From Flaccisagitta enflata (lineage: Eukaryota): DNA of 64,000 nucleotides. Position numbers and translations under genes: made by a program. This document shows positions 41,001 through 54,125 of the stretch, piece by piece. Each line of letters starts with the position of its first letter. The first letter of the stretch is position 1. Below the pieces are notes generated by a model. The model worked only from the letters and a program-made list of their open reading frames with translations, ran no database searches and was not told the DNA's origin. The stretch is from the NCBI GenBank assembly GCA_965153355.1, contig OZ231126.1:46562001-46626000 (forward strand), written 5' to 3'.

Positions 41001-42602
41001 AAGATTCTGGGGTTGTTGGGATGTATAGTATCGCTTGACGAGTCCTGAATATATCATAAATGACTATTTTGTAGCTAAATTTAAAAAGTATCTATAATCA
41101 AATGGGCATCAAAAAACCGTCAGAATAAGGCTAAGTAGGCCAATAAAGTGCGAACTGTAGATCGTAAAACGAATGCGTTACAGACAGACCGAACCACTGA
41201 CCAACGGACACAGACAGTTATAGAGGTGCATTGTTGTACCTAAAAACTAGCTTTCTCCCAGCTGATTTTTAAGATATCATTTTTAAGACACTAACTTCTT
41301 TAACTTTTTAAATGTTTGACTGACATGATGGCGCTTAATAACAAATGCTTTATTTTTCAAAATTCTTCAATTCTGTCATGAATTTTTCTATGATTTATCA
41401 AAAGAGATATAACATGGAATAGAGACCTATAACTTCTTTCTGTGCCGCACAGTACTGGCAATGAAAGAAATCTGCTTCCTGTGATAACAAATACAACTTG
41501 TTAGTCCCTTCACACCCATTTCTGCTGGAATCAAAATATAGCAGTAGTTTTTGAGGAATCCTTCCTGTTAATCGCTGCTTCGGAATGCTTGCTTTTTTTG
41601 TGTGCATCGCTTATCAGAAATGGGAACTGCCTCAAAAGACATTCAAGAGATATTAGGATACTTCTTTGTTTTCGACATTCGTTCACTGGGATTAACATGT
41701 GTATGTCGACTTCATATCACTCACGCAATTGAGTGCACAAAATACAGGAAAGCAGAGCCTTCTAAGGGCAACAAACTAACTTAAAACCCGATAGAAAAGA
41801 CAAAAACAACGGTAATTCAATGATGTTTACAAGAGTGTTACCTAAAGACGGACGGACTAACTGACCGACTGACACAGCAGGGTGTTGAGTCGTGTGTACA
41901 TGTGTCCGCTACTAAAAACAATTTCACCTAATTGCCGATTTGGTGCACATATGTATGAAAGTTGGACAACATTACTACTAAGTCCAAAAAACTATTGTAG
42001 CATTATAGCAAAACAACACCACCATCAAAGTTTCATTCCAACCCGTCTGATCTTACAACCCCCTACCCCCCTTTTCTATCTTCCTGACGGAAAATCCATT
42101 AGGAACGTGTAAAAAGCAAATGTTTTGTTTTTGGAACGAAGGAACTCGACTCTTTGTCTTCATCACTCTTTAAAAACTCATCTCTTAACACGATTCATTA
42201 TTATGATTTACAACAGAATCGGATCCTCGCGAGGATAATGAAAACATCAAGGGTGAATCCTCGACGAGGGAGACGACCCCATCGGACAAGGAACCAACAG
42301 CGGACGGAAAGGAGGAGGAGGAGGAGGCGGGAAATGGAGAGGAAGAAGGGAAGGAAGGGGGAAGTGGAGAAATTGAATACGATGATGATCAAGAGGAGGA
42401 AGAAGAAGAAGACGATGAAAAATACGATTACAGCGACGATGATGACGATGTGACGTTGACCTCGACGAAAGACGAGAACCCGACGGCGACGACGACGACG
42501 ACGACGACTAGTGACACGGCGAGGACGTCGGATACCGACGCTTCCGGCCTGGGAAAAAGCGAAGCCACCGACTTGGATGCCACACCTAGATCAATTACGT
42601 AA
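25471..42602 (+). CDS. CFAP97D2: CFAP97 domain-containing (KIAA1430/Hemingway family) protein, CFAP97D2-like, ~354 aa with acidic tail
   Basis: Exons 25471-25668, 25753-25893, 26103-26265, 26712-26888, and probable terminal exon 42217-42602 (phase 1 throughout the join). Motifs HRDKV...VDTKPP...HLHLKLKKLQLEEERL...ERDNRILLEKM...KSLNKEKRQRELVRVTQENQALL. The first three exons are secure; the last two are less so. Confidence 0.75.
28316..33085 (-). mobile_element. non-LTR retrotransposon (CR1/L2-group LINE) with APE endonuclease and reverse transcriptase
   Basis: ORFs 30020-32974 and 28881-29567. APE motifs: LNINGL, GFTETH, GGVAIY, MGDFN, TLIDNIF, SDHLP. RT motifs: YRPISVLP, QYGFR, DFKKAFDTVDH, GVPQGSILGP, FADDT, KFLGV. 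A-tail at 28316-28324. The 5' boundary is approximate. Confidence 0.92.
29581..30095. mobile_element. Mutator/MULE-type MITE inserted in the LINE ORF
   Basis: TIRs TTGGGTGCTTCGCATAGAAAAAGTT / AACTTTTGCTATGTGAAGCACCCAA. 9-bp TSD ATGTCCCAC at 29572-29580 and 30096-30104. Confidence 0.88.
33360..34045. repeat. (ATATC/ATATATC)n satellite
   Basis: Direct reading. The Y/I/S/H ORFs are artefacts. Confidence 0.92.
34075..34395. repeat. ~21-bp minisatellite (GGGATAGGTCTGATAGAGCTA)
   Basis: More than ten degenerate tandem copies. Confidence 0.85.
35881..37372. mobile_element. non-autonomous TA-target TIR element
   Basis: TA|CACTTTTTTTTTTATAAGCAC ... GTGCTTATATAAAAGAAAAAGTG|TA with internal AAGCAC/GAGGCT subterminal repeats. 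Confidence 0.65.
36903..36972. repeat. degenerate (CCCTAA)n telomere-like array; second copy at ~39600-39692
   Basis: CCCTAACCCTAACCCTAA units. Both arrays are followed by similar AAA(C)CGCTTA..AAAGT..AAAACAAAAGA sequence. Confidence 0.75.
38275..39072. mobile_element. hAT-type MITE
   Basis: CAGGCCTTTTTTT ... AAAAAAAGGCCTG. Perfect 8-bp TSD CTTATGTG (38267-38274, 39073-39080). GAGCCC subterminal repeats. Confidence 0.88.
39795..40262. repeat. (TCTG/TGTC)-rich low-complexity tandem repeat
   Basis: Direct reading. Confidence 0.8.
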
Positions 42603-43177
42603 ACCGCGGTGGTTCATCGCAGCGCTCGATGATAGATGAGGGAAACCACATTAAGAATTTTTAGTCGCGTGCTACGCGACTCTATAGACCACTTTTCTGT
42701 TCGTCGGTCGGTCGGTCGGTCGGTCACAAAGTTGTTTAAAAGGTGTTTTAAACATTTTTAAGATATTTTAAGAATTGTAATGCATCAATAAGCTTTTGTT
42801 GGTTGGTTGGTCAGTCTGTTAGTCAGTCTGTCTGTCAGTCTGTTGGTCAGTCGGTCTGTCACAAGGTTGTTTTAAAGGCTTTCTATCGCGTTTTTATATC
42901 TCTGAATATTGAAAAGAAACCGAGAGGTGTTAACAAGCATTTCAGAGTTGTTCTTGAAAAAGAAAATGTCTATCCGTCTGTCTGCCTGACATTTTTTGTA
43001 AGTGCCGACGCACGCGACTTAGGTCTAATGACCTTGTTTTTTTCGATGCGGTTTTATCGATTCCTCTTTCTGAGTGCCGAATTTTTTTAAAAATTGCATC
43101 AACTAATCATTTTCTAGGAGGCCTTGCTTCAATATATGAATACATGCAGTATGACGCGTTATGTACATTCAGAGATA

Positions 43178-43751
43178 CAGTAGATGTCGTCTAGACTTGG
43201 AATTACGGGGGAATTCATTACAGGAAGACAAATAAAGTTAAGAGAGTGATATTTGGAATATAAACTAATAAAAGGATGCTTTATTGTCCATGGGTGTTGG
43301 TTGCCATGGAAACACATTTCCATGTATTTACGCTAAAGTATCAATTTTTTGAGAAATTTTTTGAGGGAACATTGTTTGAAATAAAATTTGCTATAACTTT
43401 CCCACAGTATGTTCAGTAAGAATATTGCTGGTTTGGTGGTTGCTAGGGAGCATCACAGGGCTGTCACACATAGTTACACTCCCTAGCAACGGCTAAACGG
43501 GCAATATTCTTACAGAACATACTGTGGGAAAGTTGTGGCAAATTTTATTTTAAACAATGTTCCCTAAAAAAATTTCTCAAAATATTGATACTTTAGCGTG
43601 AATACATGAAAATGTGTTTCCATAGCAACCAACACCCATGGGCAACAAAGCATCCTTTTATTAATCTATATTCCAAATATCAGTCTCTTAAGTAAATTTG
43701 TCTTCTTGTAATGAATTCCCCCGTATTTCCAAGTCTAGACGACATCTACTG
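43178..43751. mobile_element. Tc1/mariner-type fold-back MITE with ~270-bp inverted arms
   Basis: TA|CAGTAGATGTCGTCTAGACTTGGAATTACGGGGGAATTCATTACA ... TGTAATGAATTCCCCCGTATTTCCAAGTCTAGACGACATCTACTG|TA. Short central spacer at ~43452-43478. Confidence 0.9.
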
Positions 43752-44960
43752 TACATGATGCAATGTGCATTGTACAATGTCATATGAACCACCAAAATAT
43801 TGGGCTCCGTTACGTGACCAATCCGTCGACGTCATAAACATTTCGCCCGCAGTGGACCGCATATTTTCTGATCAGCTATGTAGACTCACCATTAGTTTTA
43901 CATTGCTAATTCATTTACTTTTTATCATCAACAACTTATCCATGACAACTGTGTTTATCATTGAATACCGATGCCTTTAACCTAATCATTTTTTACAACT
44001 GAGCTTCATTTGCTTGATGGCATGAGAATATTGATTGCGTTTCATGTCATTTTGCACGTTTATGCACACTATCTTTTTTGCACCTACAGTTTACTGCGGT
44101 TTTCAGCAAACCCCACGGCCTGTAAATAGATCCACCTGTAGACCGTTTGCGCACCATAATATCAACGCGCCTCTTTCGCACGCAACTTTCATGATTGTAA
44201 TTTAGTAAATCGGTTAGTCAAATTTTCCTAGTGTCTTTAAACTGTTGAATTAGTTTGCATTGCTGCTTTTTCTCTCCCACCTTGCCTATTGTGCTAATGT
44301 AGCACAGATGGAATAGCCTCATATGGACGGTATCTGTTGGTCATCAAACCGGAACATACAAGAAATGACAAACGGAAACAACAATCTTTTCAAAGATTTT
44401 CACCATTCTTTTGGCCGAGACGATTCGTATCATTTGGATGGTCCCTCTGTTGATCTTTTCTGAAGAAATATATTTGTGTTCTATGTTCATCAATAATATA
44501 CAACGAAGTTGAACGAACTATACTGCTATTGTAAATAAAACACCATCTGTGATATGATTCCGTTTCGTTTTAAGCTGATTTCAGTTTAAGGTATATAAAC
44601 AAGTAACAATTTTCCTCTGGAGATCCAAAGCTAAGGAGAATGGTACTTTTTGTTTAATGCACATTATCAACTCGACTTAAATTCACGCAGGTGTATAAAA
44701 AAGTCGCGACACAAGCAGTAGGCAGGCACAAGAGAAGTAATTTAAATTCTTTGCTTCGCTTAATTACTCTAATCTTAATCTTTAGTCAGACTTATGAAAC
44801 TTAAGGCTGTTATATTCGAGCCTGTTGCCACTCTTAGAAGTGGAAATTTCCAAAACTTTCGTACATACATCCGTCGGTCGGTCGGTCGGTCGCGGTACTT
44901 GTGTAACATATCGTACGGTACATGTATACGACATACCTTAAGGCTTAACCGGCAAAACTA

Positions 44961-45937
44961 CACTCATATGTTTGACTAAGAACCTTGTTTATAAGAACAT
45001 TGAGGCTCAGATGAGGAAAAAAATAAGAACAATCGTAAGAACATCGTCAGCCTCATATGTGGGGGAATCTAAGAACATCTGAACCTCATTCGTCGCCGCT
45101 AAGAACAATCCCTTCTATGATAGGTGGATCAATATCCCTCACTATACTCAAACTGAAATACACTATTTTGAGTAAGGACAAAGTTTATAAGGACGTTGAG
45201 GCTGAGATTTAGCCAAAAATTAAGGACATTTTAAGGACAAGTCTCAGCCTCAGATAAGACCTCAGCAAAAATCTTCTCTCAGGTGAGATTCTCAAATTCG
45301 GCCTCGGCAAAAATTTTCTCTCAAGCAGAAGGGTCAAGCTGTTCTTTTGTTTTGGTTGCAAGACTTTAGTTACCCAACAGAGTCATAAGAACCTGCTTTA
45401 TATTGAATTATTCATATGTGTTTTTAGTTTGAAAAGCAGGCCTGTATATAGTTGAGCATTCCCCCCTCCGGCGGGGGGGGGGGGGAATAAAATCAAAGGG
45501 TTTGGAGATGGGGAAAAAAATCAAAAACTTGAAAAAAAGAAAAAAGAAAATTTTTGAAGATTCAACACTTATGGTAGTACCAAAAGGTAAAATTTGATTA
45601 CTACAACACATTTTGATACCATATAAACTTATAATATACTGTTTTATTGCTTTGTAGGGCAGAAAATCAAAGGCAGGGGGGGAAATAAAATCAAAAGCCA
45701 CTCAATTATATACACCCTGTTGAAAAGTTTATTTTCTTTCAAAACCAATTTGTCATATCTATTTTATTTTTTATTTTATTTAGTTAGGTATAGTTACATT
45801 TGACAATAGTTAGATACTTGCTTTGCGAAGAAAAAATTAAGGACATTTTAAGAACATTTCAGCCTCAAATTTTTGATAATTTAAGGACATCCGAGGCTCA
45901 AAAAAAATTTACTGGTCCTTAAAAAAAATAAAGAGTG
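44961..45937. mobile_element. TA-target TIR element with AAGAAC/AAGGAC-GAGGCT subrepeats
   Basis: TA|CACTC ... GAGTG|TA. Related ends at ~11534 and ~46160-46252. Confidence 0.6.
45437..45719. mobile_element. hAT-type MITE nested in the previous element
   Basis: CAGGCCTGTATATAGTTGAG ... CTCAATTATATACACCCTG. 8-bp TSD TTGAAAAG (45429-45436, 45720-45727). Confidence 0.88.
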
Positions 45938-46425
45938 TAGATGGAAAAGGGCCTGGTGAACCCTCACTGACTAGTTAATACGCGCACCACTCCTAGTTGT
46001 CTATAAAACACAATCTGAAAAACATTCCATCTAATCTAGGCCAAAAGCAAGCTGCTTACCATAAGTAATAATGGGCTATGCTTAATTAACCATACTTCAA
46101 CAAATCACCCAAGGGTATGACATTTTTGCTCTGGCTGGCGATTTGAAAAATAAAAACACCGTAAGAACAATCTGAGCCTCAAATTGACCTAAGAATAAGA
46201 ACAATGAGCCTCAGAAAAAAATTATATGTTCTTATAAAAACAAATGAGTGTAATATTGAGAATAACCTAGCTGCTTTGAACATTCAAATCAATGCTCGTG
46301 TCAAGGTCGTCATACCATCAAGAAACAAAAAACTTAATGAACGAAAGGGAATGGAGTTGATTCTGATCGAGAAATTTGAAAGAGAGATCATAAATCTCAG
46401 ATCGGATTTTGTTGATCGTTTCAAG

Positions 46426-46857
<432 letters not shown>

Positions 46858-47364
46858 GAAGTTGAAGGACAAGTTTTAGGTTTACCTGTTTTTCTTTATC
46901 AGGCTGTTACGGCAGAGGCGGCCCTGACGAGCTTATGAAATGCTCGATTACCTGAACTTACCTTTCTTCATTGTCTCCTGGGGGTATGTCGCCAAAATTG
47001 AGTCATGCGACGTTATTTTCAAAATTTTAATTCCGGTTCTGGAGCGTGCGGTCCTGTCTGTTGATTGTTCTTTGCAAAGAGGTGACTCCACGGACTCCGC
47101 CCTAGCTCTGCTATATGCACCAAACGTGTGCAAATCGAGGTCAACAGAGAGGTAGCTTGCCGATGGAACTTTACGTTGAAGACTTCAATGAAACCAAGCC
47201 TATTCGACTGTTTTTAATGCGCCATGACAAGAATGTGTAAAGCATTTCGATAATCTAGTGAGAGGAACAAAACCCCCTGAGCTAACGACGAGACACCTAC
47301 GAATGACGTTTTGCAACCCTTTCGAGATACATTAACTATAAGCTGCAACAAAACGACTTTCAAA

Positions 47365-49043
47365 ATGCTCTCTCATTGCCAACATGGCCTTTTGAGCCTC
47401 GTCCTTTCTATCCACGCCATTCTCCTGCCCCTTTTTCTCACTCCACTACCATCAAACGGACAAAAGACTTTCGACGTTTGTCAAGAAAAAATCAATCCAT
47501 CTGTGGATGACTACCACGACGGCGTCATTCTAAGTATTGCAACCGGAAACGTCGAAGCTTTAGAGACCGGGACGCTTTTTCCGAAATGTTCGGCCGGTCT
47601 GACGTTTGTTGTCAGTCACAATGAGCGAACGGAACTAAGTTTTTACAAGGCGCCAGAAACAGAAGCCGTCGGTAGGTGGACGGCACAGTGCATCAACTGG
47701 AACTATATATTTACAGGTGGATCAAAGGTCAGTGGAGCCATAGCCTGCAATTCTACGTCGCCATCGACGAAAATTGTCGAAACGTGGGAAAAGTTGGAAA
47801 CTCTTTCCATCGACGTTTATAAACAAACCTTGGATATCAAGCCACTTTTAAACTTTAAGATTTTCATTCAAAATGTCGACCAGACAGTGGAACAGGTCTT
47901 CATCTACACGACGAGTGTCCTCAGGTTCGAGTGCACTCATCCGAATCCCTTTCTCACGCCGAACGTGCGAAAGGGCGGCGTTGATGTCGACCCTCAACGG
48001 CTCAACGGTCGCGTCTTCGAGCTCACCTATGGACCGACAGATGACATCCCGGTCGAAGCCGTCGGGAAGTACGAATGTTCGTGGGAGCAGCCGGGAGATA
48101 CTCCGGTGAGGCCGACCAAAACCGTAGACGCCGTTTTATACTCGCCGAAAGTCATCTGCGAGGTGTTTGAGAAGGTCGTTGACGAAGAGGATCCTATGGC
48201 GCCGGAAACTTTCCAACCCGTCGGCAACGCCACCGACGACAACGAGGTTCATCTGACGGTATTCGAGGGCACGTATCTCAACAATTACAAGATGCGGTGC
48301 TCTCTAACGTTTGCCGGCGACGAAGAGCTGGGAAAAAACGTGCTGTTGGATTGGGATGACCCTGTTTGGGACCCGGCTGCAACTGAAAACGGACAGCCGA
48401 TTTTCTCACAGGGTACGGAACAAGAACCCGGTCTCAAGAAGCGTGACTTAACGCACGATGCTCGACTGAATTCATCGATCAGATACACCTGCCGTATCAG
48501 CGGAGATAGAGTCGCCGATTTTGCCAACGGGGCGGCGCCTAAGGAGTGCAAAATACGATTTGCCACGAAGGAGTAAGTTGTCGTAATGTCTAAAGATGCA
48601 GTTGTGAAAGAAAGGACGAGATTGAAAAACCAGGCTAAGTAGGCCAATACATGTGGCCGGGCCAACAGGCCAACACACAAGATGCGCTCTGTGGATTGCA
48701 CGTGCATGACCGACCAAACAACCAACTGACCGACCAACCAGCCAACCGAAAAACGGACGAACACAACAGGGTAGAGAGTTGTGTGGGCGGATTTAAAAAG
48801 TGAATGAGTAATGAAACAACGACAACAACAACAACAATAACAACAACAACAACCAAAACAACAACAATAACAACAACAACAACAACATTGACATTTGACA
48901 ACATCATCAACAACAACAAAACACCGAAAAAAAATAACAACAACAACGACAACAACAACAACATTAAAAACAGCAGCAACAACAATAACATGATTACAAA
49001 CGACATGAAGGACGATCTCACCATTAGAACAACAACAACAACG

Positions 49044-49127
<84 letters not shown>

Positions 49128-49894
49128 TGGTTTTTTTGGCTTTTCTTTTGATCTCTTCATCTCTATTTACCCCCACCCCCATTTCCATCTTTCTCTCAAT
49201 AATTCACCCCGTCAGATTCATCATCAAAGAGAACGGCGCCAGCTTGGCGGGTCCGTGGTGGATCGCGCTGATAGCTCTCGGCGCCCTCATCTTGCTCATC
49301 CTCATCATCGTCTTGGTGCTGTGGAAGCGACGTTCGGGTCCGTTTGCTAAAGAAACGCGTTCGGAAGTGACGCTTCCGGTAGACGGCAAGTCGGAGCTCT
49401 CCGCTGTCGGCGGCGTCGACAACGACACGGCATCCATTGACACTCGCGAGCAAGACTTGACCATCGACCCTAATGACAACAACGAACTCAACACCGGCAA
49501 TGGACTCCATAACGGCGAGAAACCGCTGGCGCCGATGATGGGAGCCGTTCCCACCGCCATCGTCGTTGTGGAAACAAAACCAGAAACGAACGGCGTTTCG
49601 CCGCCAACGCCTCCTCCGTCGGCGCCGAAACCGATCAACGGGTTTGTCATTCCTAAAGAGGCGGATGTGATACCTCCGCCTCCGGCGCCGAAACCGAAAA
49701 GCGGATTCGTTATTCCGAAGGAGGCGGACGTGATCCCGCCGGAATTGCAGGTGCCGGAACCGGAATTTCCGCCTCCGCCGGAAATCGTCTACGCCAACGC
49801 CGGGACCGAATCGAAGACTGACGACACGAGTCGAGTCATCGGCGAAAGAGAGGAAAATCCTTACGCCGACGTGCTGTTAGAGGCTACCGTTTAA
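47365..49894 (+). CDS. type I membrane protein, signal peptide + CUB-like + two Ig-like domains + TM + Pro/Tyr-motif tail, ~628 aa
   Basis: Exons 47365-48572 and 49216-49894 (phase 2, GA|A). Signal LLSLVLSIHAILLPLFL. Ig-type cysteine pairs LRFEC...VGKYECSW and MRCSL...LLDW...IRYTCRI. TM PWWIALIALGALILLILIIVLVLW-KRR. C-terminus EATV. Domain names are pattern-based. Confidence 0.8.
48810..49126. repeat. (AAC)n microsatellite in the intron
   Basis: Direct reading. Confidence 0.9.
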
Positions 49895-52401
49895 CCTTTT
49901 ATTATTTTAATGCTCTTTTATATTGAAATGAGATGGGGATGGCAACTCGGTTTGGTGACATTCACACACGATCATGGCGTTTGTTGCATATTAGATAATA
50001 GGCTCGTCTGAGCAGCTTTTCTAGAAAGCGGAATGACACGGCTAAAATTTAAGGATAGCACAAGTGACAGAAAAATGAACATTTGACAATCAATGTCAGT
50101 CATGTAATTACATAAACAGACTGTGGGACGACATGAAACATTGGCCGAATACATTACCAGTATTTGTCGCGTACATTTAGGCAGGGGCAGTAATGTTGTA
50201 ACTTTTTTGGCCGATTTAACATCATCAAAAATATCGCATTACTATGGCCGGATATACCTTCAGACCTACAAACATTGATTTCAGTCAAATGTTATACCAC
50301 ATCACACATCACGCTTCTCAATTTGGTTTTTTTTTTTGGAAATAGAATAAAGTTTGAGCAAAACTCCATTAATGCGGATGTGTTTTGATGTTATTTGGTT
50401 GTTTTTTGGTTAAAAGTTCATTCTTTGAGTGAAATTTATCTCTGAGAGCCTTTTCATAGAGAAAACGTAATGAAATGGTGCTGCATCTTTAAGGTCGCAT
50501 GGCCTACAGGAATCTAGCGTTTGATTGAAATCAAGTTCTATGCAAAACCCAATTTAGCTTTCAAATTCAATCTCGCAACTTTTTAGGAAGTTTTATTTTC
50601 CAATGGTTGGTCACTACATTGGTCCGTCTGTCTGTTGGTGCCTCCATACGTTGCACCCGCTCTCAAATGCTACTCTTGATGTTGTGATAGAAAACTAAGA
50701 CTGAAATTCATGAAACACTGATTTGACCCTATGGCCCAAAATTAACATCTGCATTTGTGGAATTGCCTTACAAACTCCATTGTATTTCCACCTATAATCG
50801 AGGGTGACATCAAAGAGTATGCCTGAGTTTTTTTTTCTTTTTTTTTACTTTTCAGTATCATGATATTTTCGGCTTGTCGATCTGTCTGTTCCCGCCACGC
50901 TCACATAACTCTTCAGTGAGGGTTCACAAGGCCCTCTTCCATTTATTTTAGTTTGGGTTTAGTGAGGGATATTGTTCCACCAATCATAAAGAAAAGTTTG
51001 CGCATCTTTTCGCTCAATTAAAAGCGCAGGTGTTGGAATTAATTCATTGTCACCCTCAGTCTTCACCACTAAGCCTCACGTCCAACCTCAAGACCGACGC
51101 AGAAGTGTGCATGATAAATGATTGAGCACGCTTTGGTGAAAATTATGTTATCTGCAAAATGAAATCAAAATTGTCTTGGTATTATCGCATTGTATACATC
51201 CATATGATTTCCCTTAAAAATGGTTTCGAAGTAATTGACCCCATGTTTGATTTCCCCCATCATCAAGTATCAATAAAATTCTTGTCCAAACTCATCGCAA
51301 CGACTATCATTGCCTCAAAATCACAACGAATTGATCATCTGTGGTAAATCAATTTTTGTACTATTGTACTATGTTAGTCTATGTAGTTTGTACTTTGTCT
51401 TGTCGCGCTCAACGTGTGATTAGAGGCTTGGATCGCAGTATTCTCGAGTTTTCTCGGTGAAATATAAATATATATAAGTATATTTTTAAGAATGAAGAAA
51501 TGAATGGGTAATCCTGGTTATTTCTTGCAAATGATTTTGCCATCATGACTGAGTGAAAATTAAATGTCCGATAGGACATGCAATCTATCTAGCTAACTGC
51601 GGTGACCAAACGAGTTTCTTTTTTAAATCATTTTCAGCAACACCGCGCTGTCATTCAATGACGTCAATTGCAACTTCGCATTTAATCTTAAGATTTTGAC
51701 CGTCCGTTCTGTCCGTTATGCTTTAGTTTTAACCTCATCGACCTTAGATTGCTATGGTAGAGCATATTGATGTCATCATGTCAGGTACCATTAACTGATT
51801 GCCTCTAAACAATCTGAGTGTCTATCATCATTCCAAACACAAAACACAGACAGCCATCCAGGTAACAACAATTTATTTTTTAGGAAACTCACGATAAGTA
51901 ACACCAATACTCTGGGGAGAGAGTACTTTCAAGATGGAAATCGTTTGGGTCGTTGAATTTTTAGAATTTTTATCTGGAGAGGACTATGAAAAGTCGTGAT
52001 TTGAAATTAGAAAAACAATTTTTGATTTCGTGCTTTTTATTTTACTGACCATTTTTCATTTTCCATCAAGATAGTTTATTCAGATATGAGGGAAGGAGTA
52101 AAAATTCATGTCACAATGACGAACAATAACAGTACATTTAAGTACATAGTTGGAACACTGAGAACAATTGCTGTCTACTCGGCCAGGAAAGTCCCCATGA
52201 CGCCTACATATCGATTTTCAAATATTCTTTATAGGAATGGCATTTATTTCAACATCAAAAATAAAAATGAAATTATAATTTTCTTAAAACATGAATGACG
52301 AAAGACCACTTCTTCAATCACAATGACACACACACGCACTCCAACATTAGCTGATAAAGAACTGGAGAGCATTGTTAAGGGAAACGAACTGTTTAAGCTC
52401 G

Positions 52402-52522
<121 letters not shown>

Positions 52523-52655
52523 TACACACACATAAACGAGCAAAAATAACATTCAAACAAAACAAAGGAAACAAACAAAAGAAACAAGTAGATACAAGCC
52601 ATGTCGCATACGCAGAAAGTTGCACACACAACTGTAGAGGGTGACCACCTCTGAT

Positions 52656-52946
52656 TTACGCTTCGATCTCGTTGATAACAACACCCTCCAACTCGACATC
52701 CGCTCCCAACACCACTCCCTCGTCGCCTTCCTCCGTCTCTTTCAATTGTTTCGAACTCACGCTCCTCTTCCTCCTCATCCTCCCGCTGCTTCCCCTCCTC
52801 GAAATATCTCCGTTTCTTTCTTCATCCTCAAAACCATCGCCCGTAATCAACTGTTCGTCCAGGAGGTTTTTCGATGGTGATTTTTTCATCGGCATCATCG
52901 TCGTCAGCGATGATGATGACGATGAAGAGGAAGAAGAACGGCGACG

Positions 52947-52995
<49 letters not shown>

Positions 52996-53021
52996 GGTTG
53001 TGGTTGTGGTTGTGGTTGTGG

Positions 53022-53062
<41 letters not shown>

Positions 53063-53334
53063 CCTCAAAACAACCATAATCTCGATGATTGTTGTTCAAC
53101 CCCACCGAACATGTTTCCGCTCTATTGTTGGTAGTGGTGGTGGTGGTCGCAGTATTGGTGGCGGTGATAACGATAGTGGTCACTCGGATGTCATTGACAA
53201 CTTTGTCCACGGCACTCGGCCCACCCAAATAAACGTCACCGGATGCAGCTTGAAGATCGCCGATCGTCTTCGACGCTTTGCTGTAGTTGTTGCAAGGATT
53301 TTTCATGGGGATTTCCGACGATTGCGGTGGTTTC

Positions 53335-53412
<78 letters not shown>

Positions 53413-53732
53413 AATCTTCCTCTGTTGATTTCTGATTGGACGTACTTTCGTTCGTCGCTGCCAGTGTTACTAGCATTATTGTTGTTCTTGTTGTTTTTGT
53501 TGCTGTTTTTGTTTTCAACGCGCATCTTTTCCTCGCAGTAAGAAGTGCAAAACAGTTTGAGGAAACTTTCGCGGAATTGGTTGAAGAAAAGCAAATAAAT
53601 GGGCAGGTTCGTTGCAGAGTTGATTACAAGGAGAAGATCCGTAAATTCGCGGACGGTTCTCAAGCCCCACGAACCCTCAACGTATTCCGGACCTGTTGAG
53701 GATATGGGATAAATAACGTTATTCATCACCAC
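52656..53732 (-). CDS. terminal exon of a class A (rhodopsin-like) peptide GPCR: ECL3, TM7, helix 8 and a long polyQ C-tail
   Basis: VREFTDLLLVINSATNLPIYLLFFNQFRESFLKLFC resembles the TM7/H8 signature of FMRFamide/myosuppressin-type invertebrate receptors. Upstream exons were not identified in the window. Confidence 0.7.
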
Positions 53733-53744
53733 TTGCTTTTGTTG

Positions 53745-54125
<381 letters not shown>

